Below are positions 27,329 through 37,758 of a DNA stretch of 64,000 nt, in pieces. The stretch spans positions 12,570-76,569 of the forward strand of contig CALCZP010000004.1 of assembly GCA_937903035.1 (NCBI GenBank). Reading direction: 5' to 3'. A program made the position numbers and the translations under genes. The stretch is from an uncultured bacterium. Its GTDB lineage: Bacteria; Patescibacteriota; Minisyncoccia; Phycocordibacterales; UBA9973. The notes beneath the pieces are model-generated. The model searched no databases, was not told the DNA's origin, and worked only from the letters and a program-made list of their open reading frames with translations. Every line of letters starts with the position of its first letter. Position 1 is the first letter of the stretch.

Positions 27329-27796
27329 TTAGAGTGCCTGATCGTGATGCTTCTTGTTCTGACGAAGTTCGATATTACGGAGCTGCTTTTCAATGAGCCA
27401 AAGTACGATGAATGTAAAGAGGGTGAGTACGGTAATAGCAATTGCGAGATAGTAAAGTCCAAATCCACATGCCATACCAATACCAGCCGCAACCCACATA
27501 CCACTTGCAGTCGTAACACCACTAACCTGGTTATCATTACGATGCACAATAGCACCAACACCCAGAAATCCTGCCGCTGCCACTACTTGCGCAGCAATAC
27601 GCATTGGATCAAAATTATGAATCGACATACTACTCGTCACAATCTCTGAAATCACCACAAAGACTGCGGAACCCATTGAGATTAGTGTATACGTGCGCAT
27701 GCCTGCAGTTTTGTGTGCCACAAAGCGCTCAACACCAAGTGTCATACCGAGCACCATTGCGAGCATGATATTTAAGTAGATTTCAGGAATCATCAT
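27329..27796 (-). CDS. MgtC/SapB family membrane protein
   Basis: 'LGMTLGVERFVAHKTAGMRTYTLISMGSAVF' is the MgtC signature. The start was trimmed to the Met abutting the upstream gene. Confidence 0.7.
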   Translation of the reverse strand: MMIPEIYLNIMLAMVLGMTLGVERFVAHKTAGMRTYTLISMGSAVFVVISEIVTSSMSIHNFDPMRIAAQVVAAAGFLGVGAIVHRNDNQVSGVTTASGMWVAAGIGMACGFGLYYLAIAITVLTLFTFIVLWLIEKQLRNIELRQNKKHHDQAL

Positions 27797-27797
27797 A

Positions 27798-28574
27798 TTA
27801 TTTTTCTTCAACAAGAATCGCTTCGGTAGTCTCAGTGGTATCACTCACCACAACAGGCTCTACTGCCTCTGTAGTATTTCCTCCCTCAAGTGCTCGATAT
27901 AACTGGATAACAACTAACAGTGCAATCGGATATGCAACAATGAGTCCGAATCCAAATGTGCAGATCCCGACAAGAATCAGGAGTATTGCAAGTACAACAA
28001 CGGTAAGAAAAATAGTCCAAAACTTTGTTCCTTTGGTGATCGACCATGAATAACGAATCGCATCACGAACCCCCTTCTGTCGGTCAACAAATGAAATAGT
28101 AGCAAACATAAGTCTCGTACTAACGTATATAACTGGAATCACTACTAAGATCAGGTATGCGGCGCCTATTGAAATAGTAAGCCCAACACCCATAAACAAT
28201 AATGGAAGGCCTACTATGCCAAATGTCACAAGTAGTCCAAGTGCAACCATAATCGGCAAACTAACGATAATACTTACGCCAAATACTTTGAGCCACTGCA
28301 TCACAGTCGGGAGATGTTTGAATAGTCCTTGTACAGTTCCTACTTTTTCTTCTTTACCATCAATCACCGCAAGTGTTACGGAGATCGCGATGTAGGTCAC
28401 TACAAGTGACAAGATACTTGAAACAACTGCAAGCAGAGTGTTTACATGACGGTGGTGTGTATCGAGATTAAGGATTGCGATTACTAGTGCAATGACGATA
28501 TAGATCGTCGCATGCTTAGTGAAGAGCTGCCAAGCTTTTTGAATAGAGTTTCGAATTGAAAAGTGGAATTGCAT
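27798..28574 (-). CDS. Polytopic integral membrane protein (hypothetical)
   Basis: About six hydrophobic helices and a Thr/Glu-rich C-terminal tail. Confidence 0.5.
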   Translation of the reverse strand: MQFHFSIRNSIQKAWQLFTKHATIYIVIALVIAILNLDTHHRHVNTLLAVVSSILSLVVTYIAISVTLAVIDGKEEKVGTVQGLFKHLPTVMQWLKVFGVSIIVSLPIMVALGLLVTFGIVGLPLLFMGVGLTISIGAAYLILVVIPVIYVSTRLMFATISFVDRQKGVRDAIRYSWSITKGTKFWTIFLTVVVLAILLILVGICTFGFGLIVAYPIALLVVIQLYRALEGGNTTEAVEPVVVSDTTETTEAILVEEK

Positions 28575-28579
28575 ATAGG

Positions 28580-30367
28580 TTACATACGGTCGGGGGCTAT
28601 CTCATAATAATTCGTTAAGAATTGTACCATGCTAAAAAATGGATCACCAAGAGTCTGAATGGCAAACTGGGCACCGTTCTTTGGATATACATTGTACAGA
28701 TACAGTACGTAGCGAGGATTTGTTGCGGGAAAAAAGCCGATTAGTGAGTGCAAGTTGCGATCATTATAATATCCCGTACCATCTGATTTTGCGATTTGTG
28801 CAGTACCCGTCTTTGCGCCGACAGTATAGTGTGGGAGTCCTCGATGATAACCATCATCTACCACATGAGTAAGCATGCTACGAATCGTCGCAGTGGTTTC
28901 TGACTTAAGAACATTATCAATAACCGGATACTCGAGTTTCTTGGTAAAACCATTTGACTCTTTGATCTCTCTTACCAAATGCGGCGTCACGAGTTTGCCA
29001 CCATTTGCAAGGATTGCAAATCCACGCACGGTGTTGATCGGTGTCGTTGCAATACCTTGCCCGAATGATGCAGTCGCATAATTGACATCGTTTGGCGTCT
29101 TAAGTCCACTGACCAACCCCTTAATTTCATTTGGAAGATCAATCCCGGTACGCTCACCGATTTTGTACCGATCAAGCATATATTCCTTAAACAGATCTTT
29201 ACCCATCTTTTGCTCAACAAAAACCATACCTGTGTTGAGTGACTGATTGAGCACATCCTGCATACTCACCTTACCTCGACCTTTATGATCAAAGTTCTTG
29301 AGTACTTTGTCATCAACTTTTACCTCTCCGCTATCAAAGTAGGTTGTTGATGACGTAACGATACCTGCATCAATTGCTGCAGCCATAACAAGTGGTTTAA
29401 CAATTGACCCCATTTCATAGACGTTTTGAGTAAAAGGATTAGCGTACACACTGACGTTTTTGGCACTTCCGTACTCGTTGAGGTCAAATGTTGGGACCTG
29501 TGCCATCGCAATGATTTCTCCTGTATATGGATCCATCACTACACCGCCAACAGCATCACTCGACCAAGTATTTTCTATACCTGCGATTGCGGCCTCGAGC
29601 TGATTTTGAACACTTGGCTCAATAGTAGTAACCACATCCCCTGTTGCTGTTTTATTATGAAAAATGCTTGATTGGACGTTTGCAAAAATCTCAGCAAAGA
29701 AGTTGACATAAAAATTCTCTGCATTTCGTGAAAGTACATCATTATATTCCTCTTCAAGACCATAGTTGCCTGTTAGTTCATTGTCTTTATATGAGACAAA
29801 GCCGATTGCTTTTGCCGCAAGGCTGCCGCCAGGATAGGTGCGCCATTTCTGGCGATAGAGTGTAACACCAGGCAAATCAAGCGTAGTAATCTTTTGCCCC
29901 TGATCATTGGTGACTCGCTCAGCGATCTCTTCATATGGATCATTTTTTTTACCAATACTTACAACAAAGTCATCATAATCTATCGGAACAATCGCATTGA
30001 GCGCATTGTAGGTATGCTCAGCATCACTAATCTGTGCAGGAACAATCGCTACTTTGAATCCATCTTCAACGGTTGCAGCTGCAATCGTTGTACCATCTTT
30101 TTTGGTGAAATAAATATTTCCTCGATCAAATGATGAGCCACTCGGTGTGACGTACTGGTGCTGTGCCTTTTGTTTATAGGTGGCGCCATTCATCACCTGC
30201 AACGAAAAAAGACGGATGATGACAAGCACCCCGACTATAATGACAGCAATGATGATGATACGTATACGCGTACGATGTATGCTAGCGTCCAACATTCCAA
30301 GCAACAGCACGACGAGGTGCAGCAAATGCCGTCTTTTCAGCACGGACGAAACCTTCGGCTTGTGCAT
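28580..30367 (-). CDS. ftsI: Penicillin-binding protein transpeptidase of the FtsI/PBP3 class
   Basis: 'GSIVKP' (SxxK), 'SLNTG' (SxN) and 'KTGTA' (KTG), with an N-terminal TM anchor. The true start may be the internal Met at about 30295, since it overlaps the ftsL-like gene. Confidence 0.8.
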   Translation of the reverse strand: MHKPKVSSVLKRRHLLHLVVLLLGMLDASIHRTRIRIIIIAVIIVGVLVIIRLFSLQVMNGATYKQKAQHQYVTPSGSSFDRGNIYFTKKDGTTIAAATVEDGFKVAIVPAQISDAEHTYNALNAIVPIDYDDFVVSIGKKNDPYEEIAERVTNDQGQKITTLDLPGVTLYRQKWRTYPGGSLAAKAIGFVSYKDNELTGNYGLEEEYNDVLSRNAENFYVNFFAEIFANVQSSIFHNKTATGDVVTTIEPSVQNQLEAAIAGIENTWSSDAVGGVVMDPYTGEIIAMAQVPTFDLNEYGSAKNVSVYANPFTQNVYEMGSIVKPLVMAAAIDAGIVTSSTTYFDSGEVKVDDKVLKNFDHKGRGKVSMQDVLNQSLNTGMVFVEQKMGKDLFKEYMLDRYKIGERTGIDLPNEIKGLVSGLKTPNDVNYATASFGQGIATTPINTVRGFAILANGGKLVTPHLVREIKESNGFTKKLEYPVIDNVLKSETTATIRSMLTHVVDDGYHRGLPHYTVGAKTGTAQIAKSDGTGYYNDRNLHSLIGFFPATNPRYVLYLYNVYPKNGAQFAIQTLGDPFFSMVQFLTNYYEIAPDRM

Positions 30368-30620
30368 AACTTTCAGTCAGGTTCTTTTCTTGTGATAGGT
30401 AGGTAAGCTCCTCGGTACTCATTGCTGAGATGAGTCCCTTGATATCACGTGCGAGCTCCTGTTGCTTCACCACTGAAAATGTAATTGCGCCAACAAAATA
30501 CAAATAACAAGCAAAGAGTGCCCCGCTCCCGATCCACGTATACGTAAGTACGGTACGAATATGTTTGTTCATGTCTTCAAATTGAACGTTTCTGATTTTG
30601 TTGGTGATTTTTTGTATCAT
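30282..30620 (-). CDS. FtsL-like bitopic cell-division protein
   Basis: One TM plus a coiled coil, located between rsmH and the PBP gene as in dcw clusters. Confidence 0.4.
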   Translation of the reverse strand: MIQKITNKIRNVQFEDMNKHIRTVLTYTWIGSGALFACYLYFVGAITFSVVKQQELARDIKGLISAMSTEELTYLSQEKNLTESYAQAEGFVRAEKTAFAAPRRAVAWNVGR

Positions 30621-31498
30621 AGTTTTTGTATGGTGCGAAGTTTGGCGCTACGCGCGCGAGGATTTGATAATTGTTCGTGACGAGACGGAGGAAGTGGTTT
30701 TTTTGTAATGTGTTGTGCATCAGTACGTGCTTTCATCCATTGTTTGACCACCCGATCTTCGAGACTGTGAAAGGTGATCACACTGATGCGCCCTCCAGGC
30801 TTCAGTCGTTCCCACCAGGCGTTCAATGCCTCTGGGATGACTGCAAGCTCATCATTGACAACAATACGAAAAGCTTGGAAGGTTTTAGTTGCAGGGTGAG
30901 TTCTTCCACTCTTGGGAATGACCGAGAGAATGATATCGGCAAGTTGCCTTGCAGTGTTGATAAGTCCATCGAGACGGGCATCAACAATTGCCCGTGCAAT
31001 TTTGCGCGATGCACGATCTTCGCCATACGCATAGATTACATCAGCAATCGATGATTCTTCCCATTCGTTTGCAATGTCCCACGCTGTGATGCCTGTATGA
31101 GATCCTGCATGCGCAAACGTCATTTGAAGGGGCGTATCAGTATTGAATGAAAACCCTCGATCATCCTGCAGTAGTTGAAATGTACTCGTGCCAAGATCAA
31201 GCAAGAGCTTATCTACATGATCTTGGCCGGCAGCTTCAAGAATATGATCAGCGTTTTTAAAGTTGGACTGAACGAATGTTGCCTTGCCAACCAACGCTGA
31301 TGCTTCAAATCGATCTTTTGCATGTTCATCAAGATCGACACAAATGAGGGTGATACTAGGACATGCCGCAAGTATCGCACTTGAATGCCCTCCACCACCG
31401 AAGGTGCCATCGACGACGATGTTGCCGTTTTGAAGATCGAGTGATTGAATACTTTCTTCTAAAAGAACAGGAACATGGAATGGCTGATCAGTTTTCAT
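30617..31498 (-). CDS. rsmH: 16S rRNA (cytosine1402-N4)-methyltransferase RsmH (MraW)
   Basis: 'VDGTFGGGGHS' SAM-binding motif and the mraZ-rsmH gene order. Confidence 0.9.
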   Translation of the reverse strand: MKTDQPFHVPVLLEESIQSLDLQNGNIVVDGTFGGGGHSSAILAACPSITLICVDLDEHAKDRFEASALVGKATFVQSNFKNADHILEAAGQDHVDKLLLDLGTSTFQLLQDDRGFSFNTDTPLQMTFAHAGSHTGITAWDIANEWEESSIADVIYAYGEDRASRKIARAIVDARLDGLINTARQLADIILSVIPKSGRTHPATKTFQAFRIVVNDELAVIPEALNAWWERLKPGGRISVITFHSLEDRVVKQWMKARTDAQHITKKPLPPSRHEQLSNPRARSAKLRTIQKL

Positions 31499-31500
31499 GA

Positions 31501-31935
31501 TTAGAGCACTCCGATGCCTCCCAAACGCTCAGCGAGACTATCAGCGTTTGCCTCGACGTCTTTCTTGTATGTTTTCCATGTCGCCTCATCCCAAAGTTCA
31601 ACTCTGGTATGCACGCCGACAATCGCTACCTTTCCTTCGATACCAGCTCGCTCCTTGAGAAAGTCTGGAACCAACATACGACCCTGCGCATCAACTGAAA
31701 CTTCAGTCGCACCTCCGAGAAGGTATCGGTTGAAGCTTCGAGTATCTGCTTGGAGCATGGATGAGTTTGCCAACTTCTCAGCAATACTCGTCCACTCTTT
31801 GGTAGTAAACACGAACAAACAACGGTCGAGCCCAGGCGTCACCACTACCGTTTTTCCCATTTCCTTTCTGAATTTGATCGGAAATGAGAGTCGGTTTTTT
31901 TCATCAATTGTGTGTGTATATTCGCCGATTAACAT
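31501..31935 (-). CDS. mraZ: Transcriptional regulator MraZ
   Basis: Duplicated 'DEKNRLSFP' / 'DAQGRMLVP' MraZ motifs. Confidence 0.9.
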   Translation of the reverse strand: MLIGEYTHTIDEKNRLSFPIKFRKEMGKTVVVTPGLDRCLFVFTTKEWTSIAEKLANSSMLQADTRSFNRYLLGGATEVSVDAQGRMLVPDFLKERAGIEGKVAIVGVHTRVELWDEATWKTYKKDVEANADSLAERLGGIGVL

Positions 31936-32061
31936 TACATTTTATTTACCACTTCTTCCCACTTCATTCCATTTTACTCCACTTCTATCCCCTCTAGCAA
32001 GGAAATTAATGTGGATAACAAAAAAAGCCCTCGCTTGAGGGCTTTTTTTGAACGGACTACT

Positions 32062-32520
32062 TTAGTCAAGACTAAGGATTTTGTATGAAATGTCACCTTT
32101 CGGAGTATGCACTGCGATAAGATCACCTTTTTTCTTGCCGAGGAGTGCGACACCGATCGGAGATTTGTATGAAATCTTACCTGAGAGCATATCCGTCTCC
32201 TCACTGCCTACAATGATGAACGTGCGGGTGTTGGTCTCACCTTCTTTTTGGATCACAACGGAGCTCCCCACAGATACAACGTCGGTTGTCTTGTGATTGA
32301 TAACTTCTGCATGCTTGAGCACGTGCTCAATCGTCGCAATACGCTCCTCGAGCTTGCCCTGCTCTTCGCGGGCATTATGGTATTCGGCATTTTCGGAGAG
32401 GTCACCGAGACTCTTGGCATATTCGATCGCAGACACGATCTCTTTGCGCTTTGGTCCAGAGAGTTCCTTGAGCTCAGCTTCAAGCGCCGCCTTGTTTTCC
32501 TTGGTGATATATTCTTTCAT
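32062..32520 (-). CDS. greA: Transcription elongation factor GreA
   Basis: An N-terminal coiled coil with acidic tip residues and a C-terminal FKBP-like domain. Confidence 0.9.
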   Translation of the reverse strand: MKEYITKENKAALEAELKELSGPKRKEIVSAIEYAKSLGDLSENAEYHNAREEQGKLEERIATIEHVLKHAEVINHKTTDVVSVGSSVVIQKEGETNTRTFIIVGSEETDMLSGKISYKSPIGVALLGKKKGDLIAVHTPKGDISYKILSLD

Positions 32521-32544
32521 TGGAACAACTATACTGTGGTTTGG

Positions 32545-34239
32545 TTATTCGGTCAAAAGCTCAGGCCGGTCAGCAAATAACTGGAGTACTGGCTTGAATG
32601 CATGGGTTGCACCACTTGAAACCTTGGGACCGTCTTCCATGAGGACTGTAAATGCAAAGCGAGGATTGTCGAGCGGAAAGAATCCGATTGCCCAGGAGTT
32701 CACTCGCGTATTTCCCTTGATCTGGGCCGTACCTGTCTTTGCAGCAACAAGAATATTTGGGTTATTAAGTGCTCCTGCAGTACCTTCAGTCACCGTCATG
32801 CGCATTGCATCATGCACAACATTGTACTGGGTGTCAGTAAACGGAAGCTTAGCTGAAACAACAGGCACATTGGTTACATTCTTAAGAATCGTCGGCGTGA
32901 CAAGTCTGCCACGAGATGCAATTCCTGCGACCGCACGCAACATCTGGATAGGTGTCACCTGGAAGCCGTACTGACCAATAGCGGTATGATACGTATCTCC
33001 CAGACGCCATGGATCACCTTTAAAGTTTTTTGCTTTCCACGCAACACTTGGAACAGTTCCAGCGAGCTCACCCGAAATATTGATACCTGTTTTTTCACCA
33101 ATACCAAAGAGTTCGGCGTACTTTTCAATGTTTGCAATACCAAGGCCTTTTTGATCACCAAATCCGCCTCCGATCTGATAGAAATAGACATTAGATGAGA
33201 CTGCAATAGCCTTTCGCATATCGACATCACCATGATCGGCATTATCATTAAATATAGAATACTGGCCTGGGTTGTACGGATTTGGAATACGAAGCTCACC
33301 GGTGGTATGAATGACCTTTGTCGGTGAGATAATACCTTCTTCGAGTGCAGCAAGCCCAAGGAATGGCTTAACAATCGATCCGGGTGTATAGAGTCCTTCG
33401 GTCATACGATTAAGAAACGGCCGCTCGTCTCCGGTGATATATGATCTGATCGTCGCAACATCTTTACCTGCTGAGAGGATGCTCTGGTTGTACTCGGGAT
33501 AACTCGTCATTGCAAGGAGCTCTCCAGTGCGAATATCCATCACCGCTCCTGCACCGCCTTTATATCCTGATTGCTCAGCGAGTGCCCTGATCCCCTCAAA
33601 GAATGTTTTTTGAATCGTAGCATCCACAGACAGATTAATGTTTTCACCACGTATTGGTACTTCAATCGTACTTTGCGAGAGTACTTCCCCGCTCACGTCA
33701 GTCTCAATGAGGTTCGTACCGTTGATACCAGCAAGCGCCGTATCAAATTCTTTTTCAGCACCATCCTTACCAATAATCTTTTCTTGCCATAGATTGCCAC
33801 TCTTGTCCTTTGCTGGATATGACACGTAGCCGACTAATGTCGCAAAGCCGCCATCCTTGGTGTATTCACGTGCAGTTGGTGCGACATCGTTACCAACGGT
33901 ATTCCATGCGAGCTCAATACCATTTCTGTCATAAATGATGCCGCGATCAGCAAAGATCGGAATATGTCCGAGACTATTTTGTTCACTCTTTTTCTCATAG
34001 TAGTCAGCACGTGCAAGCTGTAGCACTCCGAGTCGCACCGGGAAGCACATCGCAACAAACACCATCACGCCAAACAATATCGCGAGTGAGCGTTTGGATA
34101 TTGCCTGTTCAATGCGACCTTCAAACTGCTGTCGATCGAATGCGGGCGAGTTGTGCACATCGAGCAAGATCTCATCTGGCTCAAGCTCAACGGTCTTTAT
34201 AAAACGTCGTCTACTTCTTCGGAACATAGAGTTCAGCAA
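32545..34239 (-). CDS. mrdA: Penicillin-binding protein 2 (elongation transpeptidase)
   Basis: 'GSIVKP', 'SSNVYF' and 'KTGTAQ' motifs, an N-terminal TM, and an MreD-like gene upstream. Confidence 0.8.
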   Translation of the reverse strand: MLNSMFRRSRRRFIKTVELEPDEILLDVHNSPAFDRQQFEGRIEQAISKRSLAILFGVMVFVAMCFPVRLGVLQLARADYYEKKSEQNSLGHIPIFADRGIIYDRNGIELAWNTVGNDVAPTAREYTKDGGFATLVGYVSYPAKDKSGNLWQEKIIGKDGAEKEFDTALAGINGTNLIETDVSGEVLSQSTIEVPIRGENINLSVDATIQKTFFEGIRALAEQSGYKGGAGAVMDIRTGELLAMTSYPEYNQSILSAGKDVATIRSYITGDERPFLNRMTEGLYTPGSIVKPFLGLAALEEGIISPTKVIHTTGELRIPNPYNPGQYSIFNDNADHGDVDMRKAIAVSSNVYFYQIGGGFGDQKGLGIANIEKYAELFGIGEKTGINISGELAGTVPSVAWKAKNFKGDPWRLGDTYHTAIGQYGFQVTPIQMLRAVAGIASRGRLVTPTILKNVTNVPVVSAKLPFTDTQYNVVHDAMRMTVTEGTAGALNNPNILVAAKTGTAQIKGNTRVNSWAIGFFPLDNPRFAFTVLMEDGPKVSSGATHAFKPVLQLFADRPELLTE

Positions 34240-34543
34240 CGCGTGTCTGTGTCGTTATAAGAAAATGAATAAGGAGTACAACCATGACAACCATTGTGAC
34301 CTGGAACATTGATATGCCAAATCCGCGCGTTGGCACATAGACCGCATCTGCAAAGATCGCAGGCAGGAGCAAAAAGATCCGATACCGTACCGAAAGCACA
34401 GCAATCAAAAGCAGCAGTCCCTGAAGCCATAATGGCGCCCACAGAACAGCTGCAGCAAGTATCAAAATGGCGATGATAGTGCGAACCATTAGGCTGATTC
34501 TAGCATATTGCTTAGGCAAACACCACTGCAACAGCGGGTACAA
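34211..34543 (-). CDS. MreD-like small polytopic membrane protein
   Basis: 110 aa with three or four hydrophobic helices. It overlaps the start of mrdA, as in mreD-mrdA operons. Confidence 0.35.
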   Translation of the reverse strand: MYPLLQWCLPKQYARISLMVRTIIAILILAAAVLWAPLWLQGLLLLIAVLSVRYRIFLLLPAIFADAVYVPTRGFGISMFQVTMVVMVVLLIHFLITTQTRVAELYVPKK

Positions 34544-35639
34544 GCCGTGTGTCGAAAATATCAGGGACGATCATAGTTTCGGTCGGTGTCGCAACAAGAT
34601 CTGCGATGACATGCGCCGCTTTGATCAAATGACCATGTGTGATCTCTCGCGTAGCAGTATCGAGCGCACCGCGAAAGAGTCCTGGGAATGCCAGCGCATT
34701 ATTGATCTGATTTGGAAAGTCTGAGCGACCTGTTGCCATGATGTATACACCTGCATCATGCGCATCATTTGGATGAATCTCGGGTACTGGATTTGCCATC
34801 GCAAAAATGATTGGGCGTTCATTCATACGTTGCACCATGTCCTTGGTTAGCGCGTTGGCAACACTGACACCGATGAATACATGCGCACCGACAAGTGCTT
34901 CAGCGAGTGTTCCTGCAGTTGCATGTGTTTTCTCTGCAATGAGTTTTTTCTCTGGTGTTAGATCAGTGCGAGACATACTGAGTGCACCTTTACTATCAAG
35001 CACCGTCATCTGATGTATACCCGCATCCCACAGAAGCTCTGCAATCGCAATACCTGCAGCCCCTGCACCATTAATCACCACTCGTGCATCAGCAAACGCG
35101 AGTTCGCGAAGCTTGAGCGCATTGATGAGACCTGCGAGTACAACAGTAGCCGTACCATGTTGATCATCATGAAAAACCGGGATCGAGAGTCGTGCGCGGA
35201 GCTTTGCTTCTATTTCAAAACAACGTGGTGCTGCAATATCCTCAAGGTTAATACCGGCAAATGATGGCGCAAGCGCTGCAACTGTTTCAATGATCTGATC
35301 TGTATCTTGGGTTGCAAGACAAAGCGGCACCGCATCAATATCTGCAAAGCGTTTAAAGAGTGCAGCCTTGCCTTCCATGACTGGCATTGCCGCAGCAGGA
35401 CCAATGTTGCCAAGTCCAAGCACTGCAGAGCCATCAGTAATGATCGCAACGGTGTTTCCAATGTTCGTGTATTTTTTTGCAAGCGATACATCAACTGCAA
35501 TATCTGATGAGATGAGTCCAACACCGGGCGTGTATGCAAGCGAGAGATCTGCCTTGGTATCAAGTGGTACCTTGAGTGCTGTTGCGAGCTTGCCATGGTG
35601 TCGCGCGTGAAGTTCACGTGCCTGTTCGTCAAACGTCAT
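34512..35639 (-). CDS. NAD(P)-dependent malic enzyme (small bacterial type)
   Basis: 'LSLAYTPGVG' malic-enzyme N-terminal motif and a Rossmann 'VINGAGAAGIAIAELL' region. The start was trimmed to the ATG at 35639. Confidence 0.8.
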   Translation of the reverse strand: MTFDEQARELHARHHGKLATALKVPLDTKADLSLAYTPGVGLISSDIAVDVSLAKKYTNIGNTVAIITDGSAVLGLGNIGPAAAMPVMEGKAALFKRFADIDAVPLCLATQDTDQIIETVAALAPSFAGINLEDIAAPRCFEIEAKLRARLSIPVFHDDQHGTATVVLAGLINALKLRELAFADARVVINGAGAAGIAIAELLWDAGIHQMTVLDSKGALSMSRTDLTPEKKLIAEKTHATAGTLAEALVGAHVFIGVSVANALTKDMVQRMNERPIIFAMANPVPEIHPNDAHDAGVYIMATGRSDFPNQINNALAFPGLFRGALDTATREITHGHLIKAAHVIADLVATPTETMIVPDIFDTRLVPAVAVVFA

Positions 35640-35640
35640 A

Positions 35641-36396
35641 CTAAATAAATCGTCTGATAATAAAACGAAGCACAATGAATGCGAGTACGATTCCAACCAC
35701 GTAGAACATGAGCATGCTACCGAGGAGTGATGCGAGCGACGTTGCGCCAATCAGAATCAAGTAATCCTTGGGATTGTTCTGGCTGTCAGCAGAAGGATTC
35801 TTCTCAGGCTCAACACCGGCGATTTCCTTGGCGATTTTTTCCTCGACTTGTCGTGCGACCGAAATACCGAGATCGCGCTTTGCTTCGTCACGCATTGTTG
35901 CAAAATGCTCTGCCTGTGCGATACGCCACTTCTCTACTGATGCAAGATGTATACCAAACCATTGCTTGATCGCATCAGCCCCCGGGAAGCCATTGATAGC
36001 GATAGGTGCAGTCGCACCAACTGCGATGGTACCGAGTTCTCCTTTAAGACTCGCAACATCCTTTTTATCCTTGGTATTTACTGCCTTGGTGATCGATACA
36101 AGAATGCTTGCAGGAGCTTCAGGCATGACCCATGGCACGACTGCGCTCTTGCCACTCTCTTTTGGTACTACGACAACTACTGTTCCGATATCGGTACCAC
36201 CGGACGCAAACATGACCGTCACCGAGACTTCATTCTTGGTGTTGTTGTACACAAATGCATTGAGATCAATCGTGGCACCTGGCCTTGCATCAGATGGAGT
36301 AACCCACAGTGTTTCAGCAGGAGGAGTCGCAACGGCTCCTACTAGCGCAGGCACAAGGAATACGATGAGCGATAGAATACCGATGAGTCGTCGCAT
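35641..36396 (-). CDS. Signal-peptide protein with a C-terminal TM anchor (hypothetical)
   Basis: Both N- and C-terminal hydrophobic segments are present, and the C-terminus ends in basic residues. Confidence 0.45.
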   Translation of the reverse strand: MRRLIGILSLIVFLVPALVGAVATPPAETLWVTPSDARPGATIDLNAFVYNNTKNEVSVTVMFASGGTDIGTVVVVVPKESGKSAVVPWVMPEAPASILVSITKAVNTKDKKDVASLKGELGTIAVGATAPIAINGFPGADAIKQWFGIHLASVEKWRIAQAEHFATMRDEAKRDLGISVARQVEEKIAKEIAGVEPEKNPSADSQNNPKDYLILIGATSLASLLGSMLMFYVVGIVLAFIVLRFIIRRFI

Positions 36397-36397
36397 G

Positions 36398-37141
36398 TTA
36401 TTTAAGTGAAAATGCTGCCTTTACTGTCACAGTCACCTGCTTTTCGATCTGAGACGTATCATAGCTCCCATAGTCAGATACATCAGTTGAGTTGCGAGAC
36501 TGGACTTGGACCACACCACTTGATGCACTCTTGAGGGTACCGACATCCTTGCCTGAATTCTTGGCAATCTCGCCTGCACGGGCCTTGGCATCATCAATAG
36601 CCTGTGAGAGAAGCGTGATACGTGTCTCAGGAAGCTTTGAGTAGTAGTACTCGAGCGAGAGACTTGAGAAGATCACATTCTGCCCCACTACTGTCGCGAG
36701 ATTTTTGGATGCATTGGTTACGCGATCAACATCCATCGTTGATACAGTGAGCACCTGCGTGAGCGAGTAGAGCTTTTCGGCAGATTGGTTCTGCTGATAG
36801 ACCTCATTCATCGAGACCGGACTAATATTGAGCTCAGTATCAGCGATCTGCTGCCCTTTCATGAATGATTTGGTGATCTCAAGGTCACGGGCAATCTGCT
36901 CATACCCGCTCTTGAGATTACTCTCGCGCACGGTGCGACTGATCTGGGTGATCCACTTTGCCTGGTCTGCCGTGACCTCCATCTTTGCAGAGCCGGTCAC
37001 TGACACGGTGTCATTGAGCGAGCGCAAGCGAAATACGGTCATTGCACCAACAACTGTTGCAATGAGAAAACTGCCGCCGAGAATAATACCAAGGAGTACG
37101 AGTGGGTGAAATTTTTGCTGCATATACGTGAAGTATAGCAC
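36398..37141 (-). CDS. SIMPL / DUF541-like domain protein (YggE-like)
   Basis: An N-terminal TM followed by a ~210-aa domain of SIMPL-like composition. The family assignment is tentative. Confidence 0.4.
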   Translation of the reverse strand: MLYFTYMQQKFHPLVLLGIILGGSFLIATVVGAMTVFRLRSLNDTVSVTGSAKMEVTADQAKWITQISRTVRESNLKSGYEQIARDLEITKSFMKGQQIADTELNISPVSMNEVYQQNQSAEKLYSLTQVLTVSTMDVDRVTNASKNLATVVGQNVIFSSLSLEYYYSKLPETRITLLSQAIDDAKARAGEIAKNSGKDVGTLKSASSGVVQVQSRNSTDVSDYGSYDTSQIEKQVTVTVKAAFSLK

Positions 37142-37147
37142 TGCTTG

Positions 37148-37756
37148 CTAGTGGAACGTAAAGAAACCGTAGAATATTGCCGCAAAGTTAAGTACTGCAT
37201 GCGCGAGCGATATCAGGATCAAGCTTGGGAAATACCGATACATGAGTGCAAAACAAAGCCCTCCGATGAATGCAACTGACAACATGATGCCAGGCAATGG
37301 ATAAATGACATGCAAAAACGTAAACAACAGAACATTAAATAGAATGATGAACCACCACTTTGATGAAAGCAATCGCAATTTATAAAAGAGAAATCCTCGA
37401 TAAGCGATTTCTTGCAACAGAGACACCGGAAGAAACATAAATAACAGATGCGATGACTGCCACCATGTTCCGACAGATTCGAGTCCAAGCTTTTTGGATA
37501 CCCACGCAAGTGCACATACACCCGCTATAGTAAACAAGGTATATGGGATCAATCCTTTGCGAAATGATGTTCGTGAGATGCCAAGGGCAGCATCAGGAAT
37601 GCGTTCATGCATGATAATGCCATACATAAGGAGCATTGAGATGCACAGTACAAGCATCCGCCATTCTGGATTGATGATACCAGTCGCAATGAGCGCAACC
37701 GGTACGATAAAGATAAAGAAAATCTCGCTGAGGATTGTTTCTCGGTCAGTAGTCAT
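37148..37756 (-). CDS. CPBP family intramembrane glutamic endopeptidase (CAAX protease/Abi family)
   Basis: Motifs 'EIAYRG' (EExxxR-like), 'FTFLHV' (FxxxH) and 'HAVLNF' (HxxxN) in a polytopic protein. Confidence 0.7.
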   Translation of the reverse strand: MTTDRETILSEIFFIFIVPVALIATGIINPEWRMLVLCISMLLMYGIIMHERIPDAALGISRTSFRKGLIPYTLFTIAGVCALAWVSKKLGLESVGTWWQSSHLLFMFLPVSLLQEIAYRGFLFYKLRLLSSKWWFIILFNVLLFTFLHVIYPLPGIMLSVAFIGGLCFALMYRYFPSLILISLAHAVLNFAAIFYGFFTFH

Positions 37757-37758
37757 AC

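Noticed and set aside
32297-32974. 225-aa plus-strand ORF
   Set aside because: It is antisense to greA and mrdA, which both have strong motif support.
35768-36409. 213-aa plus-strand ORF and an 80-aa ORF
   Set aside because: They are antisense to the 35641-36396 signal-peptide protein gene, and the translation is Ala/Ser/Thr-rich without features.
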